A stretch of 64,000 nt of DNA, taken from contig CBDBMW010000013.1 in assembly GCA_965207595.1 (NCBI GenBank), positions 503,497 to 567,496 on the forward strand, written 5' to 3'. The position numbers and the translations under genes were made by a program. The notes under the pieces are model-generated. The model was given only the letters and a program-made list of their open reading frames with translations. It had not been told where the DNA came from and made no database searches. How positions within the stretch are numbered: position 1 is the stretch's first letter; every line of letters starts with the position of its first letter. This document shows positions 49,497 to 57,780 of this stretch, in pieces. This DNA comes from Vicinamibacterales bacterium (GTDB lineage: Bacteria > Acidobacteriota > Vicinamibacteria > Vicinamibacterales > UBA8438).

Positions 49497-51638
49497 ATGA
49501 CCACTCGATCCGCCGCCGCCCGCACCGTCGTCGCCGGCCGCACTCCGGCCACCGGCCGCACTCCGGCCGTCGCCCGCACGGTGGCCGCGGTGGCTCTCGC
49601 CGGGCTGTTCCTTTCGATTGCGCCGGCTTCGGCGCAGGACGGCGTCCCGCAGTTCGAGGTCGATGCGTCGTGGCCCCGGCTGCCCGACGGGTGGGTCCTG
49701 GGGCAGGTGGCGTCGGTCGTGGTCGACGCGCGCGACCACGTCTGGGTGCTGCACCGGCCACGGACCGTCGCGGAGGAGGAGCGCGCCAACGCGGCGCCGC
49801 CGGTCATCGAGCTCGGCCCGAACGGCTCCGTGGTGCGGGCCTGGGGCGGGGCCACCGACGACCGCGCCTGGCCCGGCAACGAGCACGGCATCCACGTCGA
49901 CGCCAGCGGCCACGTCTGGGTCGGAGGCAACAGCGGAGCGGACCCGTCGGACGACATGCTGCTGAAGCTCGCGGGCGACGGCACGGTCGCGCTCCAGATC
50001 GGCCGGCGCGGCGAGAGCATGGGCAACGACGACACGACCAACCTGCGCCGCCCCGCCGAGTCGTTCGTGTACGAGGCGTCGGGCGAGGTCTTCGTCGCCG
50101 ACGGCTACGGCAACCGGCGCGTGATCGTCCTCGACGCCGAGACCGGCGAGTTCCAGCGGATGTGGGGCGCCTTCGGCAACGCGCCGCTCGATCCGCCGCC
50201 GGCGGGGCAGGCGCCCGCGGCGGAGACCGACCCGGAGGACGGGCCGCCGCAGTTCGGCATCGTGCACGGCATCGAGGTGTCGAACGACGGGCTGGTCTAT
50301 GTTGCCGACCGGAACAACAGCCGCATCCAGATCTTCGACGCCGACGGCACGTTCGTGCGGCAGGCGTTCGTCAACCAGGGCGCCGAGAGCGCGCTGACGG
50401 TGGCCGGCCTCGCTTTCTCGCCCGACCCCGAGCAGCGCTTCGTCTACGTCGCCGACCAGGGGAACTCGCACATCCACGTGCTCGACCGCGCGACGCTCGA
50501 GACCCTCGGTTCCTTCGGGCGGAACGGGGCGGCGCCGGGCGAGTTCCAGGCCCTGCACCACATTGCCAGCGACAGCCAGGGGAACCTCTACACGGCGGAG
50601 GCCCAGCGCGGCCGGCGCGTCCAGAAGTTCTCGCTCACCGGCTTCACGCCGACGGACGAAGCCCGCGGCGGCGCGGCGGCCGATGGCGCAGCGGGGGATG
50701 GCCCTGCCGGCGGCCACGCGGCCGGCGCCCGTTGGACGGCACCCCGCACGGCCTGGGGGGCGCCGGACCTGCAGGGGCTCTGGACGTCGGCCACCCTCAC
50801 CCCGCTCGAGCGCCCCGAGCGGCAGGCGGAGCGCTCGACGCTGACCGACGAGGAGGCCGCGGCGATCGAGGCGGAGTCGGCCGCCAGCCGCGCGGCGTCC
50901 GACGGGAAGTCTGCGCCGGGGAGCGTCGGCGGCTACAACCAGGTCTGGATGGACGCCGGGACGCGCATCGTCGGCGATCGCCGCACCGCGCTGATCGTCG
51001 ATCCTCCGGACGGCCGGATCCCGTGGCTCCCGCACGCCAGGGTGGCGAGCGACCGCGAGCGGGCGCGTTACGGCGTCGGGCCGTTCGAGTCGTACACCGA
51101 TCTGGACACCGGCGAGCGCTGCATCACGGACGGCCTGCCGAACATGGTGCCGCTGCAGCCGTACAACATGAACATGCACATCTTCCAGTCGCCGGGCGAG
51201 GTGGTGATGCTGCATGAGATGTACCACGAGCTCCGCGTCATCCCGCTCGACGGGCGCCCCCGAAACGGCATCCCGCAGTGGACCGGCGAGGCGCGGGGGC
51301 ACTGGGAGGGCGACACGCTGGTCGTCGAGACGATCAACTTCGCCGAGCGCCCCAAGGCCTACTGGAGCGCGCCGTGGCGAGCGTCGCGCCCGAGCCTGCG
51401 CCTCGTGGAGCGCTTCACGCGCGTCGGCCCCGAGACCATCGACTACACCTTCACCCTCGAGGACCCGCTCGCGTTCACGCGGCCCTGGACGGCCGCCGCG
51501 CCGATGACTACCGACCACGCCTCGCGCGGCGTGACCGCGGGGCAGCTCTGGGAGTACGCCTGCCACGAGGGCAACTACGGCATGCTCAACATCCTGCGCG
51601 GCGCCCGCGCCGAGGAGGCCGCCGCGGCCGATCGGTGA
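49497..51638 (+). CDS. PAL-like (peptidyl-alpha-hydroxyglycine lyase-like) NHL propeller fused to a C-terminal domain of unknown function
   Basis: 713 aa. After the signal, FEVDASWPRLPDGWVLGQVASVVVDARDHVWVLHRP and NHL-type blades (VFVADGYGNRRVIVLD, VYVADRNNSRIQIFD, VYVADQGNSHIHVLD, LYTAEAQRGRRVQKF). A Gly/Ala linker is followed by WGAPDLQGLWTSATLTPLERP... and about 300 further aa. Confidence 0.65.
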   Translation: MTTRSAAARTVVAGRTPATGRTPAVARTVAAVALAGLFLSIAPASAQDGVPQFEVDASWPRLPDGWVLGQVASVVVDARDHVWVLHRPRTVAEEERANAAPPVIELGPNGSVVRAWGGATDDRAWPGNEHGIHVDASGHVWVGGNSGADPSDDMLLKLAGDGTVALQIGRRGESMGNDDTTNLRRPAESFVYEASGEVFVADGYGNRRVIVLDAETGEFQRMWGAFGNAPLDPPPAGQAPAAETDPEDGPPQFGIVHGIEVSNDGLVYVADRNNSRIQIFDADGTFVRQAFVNQGAESALTVAGLAFSPDPEQRFVYVADQGNSHIHVLDRATLETLGSFGRNGAAPGEFQALHHIASDSQGNLYTAEAQRGRRVQKFSLTGFTPTDEARGGAAADGAAGDGPAGGHAAGARWTAPRTAWGAPDLQGLWTSATLTPLERPERQAERSTLTDEEAAAIEAESAASRAASDGKSAPGSVGGYNQVWMDAGTRIVGDRRTALIVDPPDGRIPWLPHARVASDRERARYGVGPFESYTDLDTGERCITDGLPNMVPLQPYNMNMHIFQSPGEVVMLHEMYHELRVIPLDGRPRNGIPQWTGEARGHWEGDTLVVETINFAERPKAYWSAPWRASRPSLRLVERFTRVGPETIDYTFTLEDPLAFTRPWTAAAPMTTDHASRGVTAGQLWEYACHEGNYGMLNILRGARAEEAAAADR

Positions 51639-51640
51639 GC

Positions 51641-51746
51641 GGGGCGCGCGCAGCGATCACGTGCTACGCCGAGGCGACCGGACCGGCAGACCGGCGACCG
51701 CGCGGGACCGGTGGGGCGCGCGTAGCGATCACGTGCTACGCTGAGG
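51641..51746. repeat. 34-bp direct repeat (2 copies, 72-bp period) upstream of the small coiled-coil gene
   Basis: ggggcgcgcgcagcgatcacgtgctacgccgagg (51641-51674) and ggggcgcgcgtagcgatcacgtgctacgctgagg (51713-51746) differ at 2 positions. The second copy contains TACGCT 8 nt before the GTG start at 51751. Confidence 0.85.
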
Positions 51747-51750
51747 TTGG

Positions 51751-52083
51751 GTGACCAACGACACGAAGTGGATCATCGGCACGGTCGTCGTGCTGGCCGG
51801 CCTGCTCGCGACGCAGTTCGCGACGCAGATCGCAGGCGTCAACACCCGGATCGACGATCTGCGCGCCGACCTCGCCGCGCAGATCGCCGGAGTGAACCCC
51901 CGCATCGATGGCCTCAGTGCCCGCGTGGACCGTATCGAGACCCGCATCGATCGTATCGAGACTCGTCTGGACGGGTTCGACGACCGCCTGCGCAGCGTGG
52001 AGATCGCCTTCGGCAAGGTCGACCAGAGACTGCTGACGCTGGAACGGGTCATCCTTCCGGCACCGGAGCAAGGCGGCGAATAG
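51751..52083 (+). CDS. Small N-terminally anchored coiled-coil protein with RID/RIE heptad-like repeats
   Basis: 110 aa. A TM (WIIGTVVVLAGLLATQFATQIAG) is followed by NTRIDDLRADL..NPRIDGLSARVDRIETRIDRIETRLDGFDDRLRSVE. Confidence 0.6.
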   Translation: MTNDTKWIIGTVVVLAGLLATQFATQIAGVNTRIDDLRADLAAQIAGVNPRIDGLSARVDRIETRIDRIETRLDGFDDRLRSVEIAFGKVDQRLLTLERVILPAPEQGGE

Positions 52084-52091
52084 GAAACCGG

Positions 52092-53057
52092 CTACCCTCC
52101 CGTCGCGGCGCCGGTCAGGCGCGCGACCTGCGCCGTCCAGCGGCGGTCGAACTCCACCCACCGCCGTTCGTCCGTGCGGTCGGTGTGGCTCACCGGCAGC
52201 TCCATGACCTCGGGCGCGGGCGCCATGCGGTTGGTGATGGCGTAGACCGTCGCCGGCGGCACCACCTCGTCGAACGCGCCGACGCCGACCAGGCTGGGGC
52301 AGCGGACGCGATCCGCGAAGTTCATCGTGTCGAAGTAGGCGAGGCTGCGGAGGAACGGAGCCCGGTCCGCGGGGTGCAGCGCGAGGTGGTCGTTGATCTC
52401 GCGGGTGGAGCCGGCGCGGGCCAGCCGGAGCCTCCCCTCGGTCCACCCGAGCGTCGGCACGGCTGCGGCGACGTAGGCCGCGCGCGGCGATACGGCCTGG
52501 GCCATCAGGGCGAGGGCGCCGCCGAAGCTGCGGCCGAGAAAGGCGATGCCCCCGCGGCCCGCCTCGAGCTGCACCGCGACCTCCGCCGCCCGCACGAAGT
52601 CGCAGACGGCGCCCCGGACGATGGACGTCTCCGGGTCGGCGAGGCCGCTCAGCACCCACCCGCCGGCTTCGGTCGGGCAGCCCGGGCGCGAGAGTCCGAA
52701 GCCCCGGACGTCGAAGCAGAAGAGGTCGGCGCCGCTGGCCGCCGTGTGTCGGGCTTCGAGGACCGGATTCGACTGGCTGTTGTAGCCATGCGTGCTGACG
52801 ACGAGGGGCCGCCCGGATGAAGGCGGCGCGTCCGGCCGCGCGTCCCGCTGCCGCTCGCCCGGCGTGATCAGGAAGCCCTGGATGGCGTGGCCGTCGAGCG
52901 AGCGGAAGCGCACCGGAGTGATCCGCGCCCCCTCCGGCGAGGTCACCGCGACGCCCAGGCGCGGCTCGGGCAGCGTGCGCGCGAGAGCCTCCAGGGTGTT
53001 CGACCAGAACGGGAAGAAGTCGTGCGGCCGGGTCAGAGGTGGGCGCGTGGCCCGCAC
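52092..53057 (-). CDS. Acetyl-xylan esterase / cephalosporin-C deacetylase-like (AXE1-family) alpha/beta hydrolase
   Basis: PHDFFPFWSNTLEAL, FRSLDGHAIQGFLITP, STHGYN, FLGRSFGGALAL (nucleophile elbow variant) and a C-terminal H. I prefer the GTG start at 53057 because the longer track start (53114) lies inside a dispersed non-coding repeat. Confidence 0.7.
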   Translation of the reverse strand: MRATRPPLTRPHDFFPFWSNTLEALARTLPEPRLGVAVTSPEGARITPVRFRSLDGHAIQGFLITPGERQRDARPDAPPSSGRPLVVSTHGYNSQSNPVLEARHTAASGADLFCFDVRGFGLSRPGCPTEAGGWVLSGLADPETSIVRGAVCDFVRAAEVAVQLEAGRGGIAFLGRSFGGALALMAQAVSPRAAYVAAAVPTLGWTEGRLRLARAGSTREINDHLALHPADRAPFLRSLAYFDTMNFADRVRCPSLVGVGAFDEVVPPATVYAITNRMAPAPEVMELPVSHTDRTDERRWVEFDRRWTAQVARLTGAATGG

Positions 53058-53088
53058 CGAGCGAGAAGTCGGCGCGGTAGAACGCCCC

Positions 53089-53208
53089 GGACTCCTGTAG
53101 GGTTGGCTGGGCACCAGGCGGAGCGGTCAGCCGGCGACTGGAGGGCGAGGAACCTGCGCCGGGTGACGGCGCGGATTCCTGGAGGGTCGGTTGGGCACCA
53201 CGCGGAGC
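53089..53208. repeat. Two direct copies of dispersed repeat family C in the divergent intergenic region
   Basis: ggactcctgtagggttggctgggcaccaggcggagc (53089-53124) and cggattcctggagggtcggttgggcaccacgcggagc (53172-53208). A third, inverted copy lies at 44501-44536. Confidence 0.8.
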
Positions 53209-53247
53209 CTCGAGGCGACGAGTGGCGGGCTGGAGTCGACGACGTCG

Positions 53248-55242
53248 ATGGACATTCGGGAAGAGTTTATCGCCCACCTGTCCGCGCAAGCCGCCGGGAC
53301 GGAGACGGACCGGCGCCCGGCGTGGGAACGTCTGGCGGCTCTGGCCGAGGAGCAGGACTTCGAGGCCGAGCATTTGATGACCCGCCAGTTCGCTCCCGCC
53401 CGCCACCTGTTCCTCGTGGCGGACGGAGCGCTCCGGTTCCGCATCCGGCTCGAGGAGGGGAACGAGGACCTCGACGTGGGGCACCGCGACAGCCCCTGGT
53501 CGGCCGTCGGCTGGTCCGGCTTCGGCGTGCCCCGGCGCTACGCCACGAGCGTCGTCTGCGCCAGCCGCTGCCGCACGCTGCGCTTCGACCACGCCGCGCT
53601 GTCCGCCGTCCTCGCCGACGAGCCCGAGCTGGGCGTCACGCTGCTACGGCCCATCGTGGAGCAGTGCTTCGCCCGCCTCGCGTGGATGCGCTCGCGCCTG
53701 ACCACGCATTCGCGGGTGCCGGTGAACTTCGCCCACGCGCTCAAGGACGAGGGCGAGGAGGAGACCTACAACCGCGCGCCCCCGCCCGTGATGGATCTGC
53801 TGCGCCGCTCCGCCTTCTTCGAGGTCTTCGAGGAGCCGCGGCTGCGCGCCCTCGCCGAGACCGTGGAGAGCCGCTACTTCTGCCGGGGCGAGCCGATCGT
53901 CGAGCAGGGTGACGCCTCGCCGGGGCTGTGGGTGCTCGCGACGGGCCGGGTCGCGCTCAACTACCGGCCGTCGTCCGCGCGCCGGGCGTTCGCGCTGCGC
54001 GTCCTCTCCGACCCGGGCGCCGTCGTGGCCCTGGCCGGGCTGCCCGGCGTCGAGCGCCAGCCGGCGTCCGTCGTGGCGGTGCGCGACTGCACCGTGTACC
54101 GCATCGACCCTCCGGCCGCGGGGCCGGCGGGCGGGGACCCGGCCCTGGCCCAGGCCGTGGTGCGCCGGCTGCTGTGGCTCGGCTCGACGCACCTGCGCGC
54201 GGCGCGGGCCCTCTTCATCTCGCGGCGCTTCGAGAAGGAGAAGCTGGCCATCTCCAACCTGCTGGAGCAGAGCTGCACGCAGCTCAGCGTCCACTCGCCG
54301 CTGCACGTCCTGCCGCATCTCCTGCAGCATCCGCTGACGGTCGGAGACGCCTTCGCCGTCCTCGGGCAGATGAAGAGCAGCGCCGACGCGCTCGAGCGCA
54401 GCCTGGCGGAGACGTGCGAGGACATGCTGGGGGAAGTGAAGCGGGAGCACGACTTCTTCGAGGCCCTCCGGCGCGTCTATCACGCGGTGGTGACCGCGCC
54501 GCCGCAGATGCCCGCCTCGGACGTGCGCAAGCTCTGCGCGCGCGGCTTCCAGGCTGCGTTCCGGCGCATCCGCCACGTGGTCGAGGGGGAGCGGAACCTG
54601 CCCGACACGCCGGGCCACATCTTCATCTTCAATCACCTCAAGAACCACGAGCACAACACGCTGCCCAACAACTTCCAGCTCACGCTCGACTCGCACTTCG
54701 TGAGCGCCATGATTCTCGACCGCCGCTACGGCGACAGCGGCATCCGCGTCGTCCGCAAGAGCCGGGGGACGGAGTACGGCCACCAGGAGTACTACGACCG
54801 GCTGGGACACCTGAGCGTCTACACGCCCGAGTCGGACCAGATCGAGGAGACGGCCGAGGAGCGTCAGACGCGGCGCAACGAGTTCTTCGAGACGGCGGGC
54901 CGGTATCTCAGGTCCGGGACGAACCTGATCCTGAGCCCGGAGGGGACGAGCTACTGGACCGAGGACTCGCCCGGCCCGTTCAAGCCGGGCGCCTTCCGAC
55001 TGGCCGCGAGCGTGGAGCCCGAGCCGTGGATCGTGCCGCTGGCCGTCGCCAACTTCGATCGCCGCATCCACTCGACGGTCTGCGCCGTGGTCATCAAGCG
55101 GCCCTTCAAGGTCTCCGAAGTGCTCGGAGACATCGACGACCGGGACCGCCTCGCCCGCTTCCTCGACAACGTGCGGACCGCCTACCGCTCCTACGTCGAG
55201 GAGGCGCGCCGCCTGGCCCGCTCCGCCGCCGCATCCGGCTGA
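53248..55242 (+). CDS. Two cyclic-nucleotide-binding-like domains fused to a lysophospholipid acyltransferase (PlsC/LPLAT) domain
   Basis: 664 aa from MDIREEF. cNMP-like beta-barrel segments are FLVADGALRFRI... and RYFCRGEPIVEQGDASPGLWVLATGRVAL. The C-terminus has IFIFNHLKNHEHN (HX4E in place of HX4D) and LILSPEGTSYW (PEGT block). Confidence 0.6.
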   Translation: MDIREEFIAHLSAQAAGTETDRRPAWERLAALAEEQDFEAEHLMTRQFAPARHLFLVADGALRFRIRLEEGNEDLDVGHRDSPWSAVGWSGFGVPRRYATSVVCASRCRTLRFDHAALSAVLADEPELGVTLLRPIVEQCFARLAWMRSRLTTHSRVPVNFAHALKDEGEEETYNRAPPPVMDLLRRSAFFEVFEEPRLRALAETVESRYFCRGEPIVEQGDASPGLWVLATGRVALNYRPSSARRAFALRVLSDPGAVVALAGLPGVERQPASVVAVRDCTVYRIDPPAAGPAGGDPALAQAVVRRLLWLGSTHLRAARALFISRRFEKEKLAISNLLEQSCTQLSVHSPLHVLPHLLQHPLTVGDAFAVLGQMKSSADALERSLAETCEDMLGEVKREHDFFEALRRVYHAVVTAPPQMPASDVRKLCARGFQAAFRRIRHVVEGERNLPDTPGHIFIFNHLKNHEHNTLPNNFQLTLDSHFVSAMILDRRYGDSGIRVVRKSRGTEYGHQEYYDRLGHLSVYTPESDQIEETAEERQTRRNEFFETAGRYLRSGTNLILSPEGTSYWTEDSPGPFKPGAFRLAASVEPEPWIVPLAVANFDRRIHSTVCAVVIKRPFKVSEVLGDIDDRDRLARFLDNVRTAYRSYVEEARRLARSAAASG

Positions 55243-55402
55243 CGGCGCGACCGGCGGCGGTCCGCCCGGGGGCACGGGCCTCCCTGGCGATGCGGCGCGC
55301 CGGCTGGCCCGCTCCGCCGCGGCCGGCTGACCGCAGCGGAGCGGGGCGCACCGGATGTCGCGTCCGCCTGACCGCGGCCGGCGGGGCGCCGGATGCCGCG
55401 GA

Positions 55403-57559
55403 TCAGTTCAGGCCGCGGCGGACCAGGAGCGGGCGCACGTCCGGATCGGCGCCCCGGAACGAGCGGAAGAGGTCGAGCGCCTCGACGCTGCCGCCGCGCG
55501 AGAGCAGCGTCTGCCGGAAGTGGTCGCCGTTCTCCCGCAGCAGGCCCCCGTTCTCCCGGAACCACTCCACGGAGTCGGCGTCGAGCACCTCGCTCCAGAT
55601 GTAGGAGTAGTAGCCGGCGGAGTAGCCGCTGCTCCAGATGTGCGAGAAGTACGTGCTGCGGTAGCGCGGCGGCACCGCGTCGAGGGCCACGCCGCCCGCC
55701 TCGAGGGCCGCCGCCTCGAACGCTTCGACGCCCGCCGCGTCCGGCACCTCGTCGGCCGTGATCTGGTGCCAGGCCTGGTCGAGGATCGACGCCGCGAGGT
55801 ACTCGGTCGTGGCGAAGCCCTGGTTGAGAGTCTGCGTCGCCAGCACGCGGTCGAGGAGGTCGCGCGGCATCGGCTCGCCCGTCTCGTAGTGGACGGCGTA
55901 GTTCTCGAGCACCTCCGGCCAGACCGCCCACATCTCGTTCACCTGCGACGGGTACTCGACGAAATCGCGCGGCACCGACGTCCCGGCGAAGTAGGGGTAG
56001 CGGACGTCGGAGAAGAAGCCGTGCAGGGCGTGGCCGAACTCGTGGAACATCGTCTCCACCTCGTCGAAGGTGAGCAGCGTCGGCTCTCCCTCCGGCGGCT
56101 TCGGCACGTTGAGGTGGTTGCCGACGACGGGCGCCGTCCCGAGCAGGTGCGACTGCGAGACGTACGCGTTCATCCAGGCGCCGCCCCGCTTCGACGGCCG
56201 GGCGTAGAAGTCGCCCAGGAAGAGCCCGAGGGGGGAGCCGTCGGCATCGAACACCTCCCAGACCCGGACGTCGGGGTGGTAGGTCGGCAGCTCGGGCCGC
56301 TCCTCGAACGTCAGTCCGTAGAGGCGGGTCGCGGCGAAGAAGACGCCCTTCTCGAGCACCGAGTCGATCTCGAAGTAGGGCCGCAGCTCGGAGGCGTCGA
56401 AGGCGTAGCGATCGGCCCGCACCTTCTCGGTGTAGTAGGACCAGTCCCACGCGGCCAGCTCGATGGCGTCCCCCTCGGCGGCGGCCATGGCCTCCAGATC
56501 GGCCGCCTCGCGCCGCGCGTTGGCGACCGCGGGCGGGGCGAGGCTGGCCAGCCGCTCGTTGACCGCGTCGACGGTCTGCGCGGTCTGGGCCTCCAGAATG
56601 TAGGCGGCGTGGTTCGGGTAGCCGAGCATCCCGGCCCGCTCCGCCCGCAGCCGCGCCATCGTCGTGATCACCTCGCGGTTGTCGTACTCGCCGCCCTGGC
56701 TGCCCCGCGCGAGCGAGGCGCGCGTGATCCGCTCGCGGAGCGCGCGGTCGTCGAGCGAGGCCAGCGCCGGCTGGCCGCTCGTGTTCAGCAGCGGGATGAC
56801 GTACTGCCCGTCGAGGCCGCGCGCCGCCGCCGCCTCGGCCGCCGCCGCCACCTGGTCGTCGGGCAGGCCGGCGAGCGCGTCGCGCGAGTCCACGGACACG
56901 GCCGAGGCGTTCACCTCGTCGAGGACGTTGCGCATGAAGCGGGTCTCGAGCGAGGCGAGGTCGGCGTTGATCTCCCGCATCCGCTCTTTCCCGGCCTCGT
57001 CGAGCTCGGCGCCGGCCCGCACGAAGTCCTCGTGGTACTTCTCGATCAGGCGGACGGACTCCGCGTCGAGCCCGAGCGACGAACGCTCGGCGTGGAGCGC
57101 CGCCACCCGCCCGAACAGGGCATCGTTCAGCAGGATGCGATCGTTGTGAGCCGCGAGCTGCGGCGCCACCGCGCTCCGGATCTCGTCGAGGGCGTCGCTG
57201 GTGTGGGCGCTCGAGAGCGCGAAGAAGGTCGTCGCCACCCGGTTGAGCAACTGACCCGAGCGCTCGAGCGCGACGATGGTGTTCTCGAACGTCGGCGCCT
57301 CCGTCAGGGCGGCGATCGCCTCGACCTCCGCGATCTGCTCCGCCATCCCCCGCTCGAACGCCGGCCCGTAGTGCGACTCGTGGATGCGGTCGAACGGCGG
57401 GAGCCGGTAGGGCAGCGGGCTCTCGGTCAGGAACGGGTTGTCGGCCATTGCCTCCTGCTCCGCGGCTTCGAGGGTGGCGCCCGGGCCGAACGCGGCGGGC
57501 CCGCCCACCAGCATCAGCGCCGTGCCGATCAGCGCCGTCCTTGTGAACTTCGACTTCAT
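55403..57559 (-). CDS. dcp: Peptidyl-dipeptidase Dcp (M3 family metallopeptidase), secreted
   Basis: 718 aa from MKSKFTRTALIGTALMLVGG, with RBS GGGAGG. FHEFGHALHGFFSDVRYPYFAGTSVPRDFVEYPSQVNEMW closely matches the Dcp zinc site and following block. Confidence 0.88.
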   Translation of the reverse strand: MKSKFTRTALIGTALMLVGGPAAFGPGATLEAAEQEAMADNPFLTESPLPYRLPPFDRIHESHYGPAFERGMAEQIAEVEAIAALTEAPTFENTIVALERSGQLLNRVATTFFALSSAHTSDALDEIRSAVAPQLAAHNDRILLNDALFGRVAALHAERSSLGLDAESVRLIEKYHEDFVRAGAELDEAGKERMREINADLASLETRFMRNVLDEVNASAVSVDSRDALAGLPDDQVAAAAEAAAARGLDGQYVIPLLNTSGQPALASLDDRALRERITRASLARGSQGGEYDNREVITTMARLRAERAGMLGYPNHAAYILEAQTAQTVDAVNERLASLAPPAVANARREAADLEAMAAAEGDAIELAAWDWSYYTEKVRADRYAFDASELRPYFEIDSVLEKGVFFAATRLYGLTFEERPELPTYHPDVRVWEVFDADGSPLGLFLGDFYARPSKRGGAWMNAYVSQSHLLGTAPVVGNHLNVPKPPEGEPTLLTFDEVETMFHEFGHALHGFFSDVRYPYFAGTSVPRDFVEYPSQVNEMWAVWPEVLENYAVHYETGEPMPRDLLDRVLATQTLNQGFATTEYLAASILDQAWHQITADEVPDAAGVEAFEAAALEAGGVALDAVPPRYRSTYFSHIWSSGYSAGYYSYIWSEVLDADSVEWFRENGGLLRENGDHFRQTLLSRGGSVEALDLFRSFRGADPDVRPLLVRRGLN

Positions 57560-57780
57560 GCTCAGACCTCCCGGGACTTCCAGTCGCCAAGAGCCTATCG
57601 CGATTCCGCCCTGCAGGATCGCGTTGCGGGATAATGGCGCGGGAGGTCGAGCCGCGGCCGGGCGGACAGCAGCCGCGAGGCTGCGCCGCGGAACGTCCGA
57701 ACAGCGTCTTTGCGCCGGCGCAGACTCCCGACGCGCCCGCCGGGGCGCGGCAGCACGGCGAAGCGGGCTCGCGGCACAAG

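Noticed and set aside
53058-53114. Longer N-terminus (MPSQPYRSPGRST...) for the AXE1-like esterase
   Set aside because: These codons coincide with a copy of dispersed repeat family C, which also occurs non-codingly at 53172-53208 and 44501-44536. The GTG at 53057 gives an N-terminus consistent with the family.
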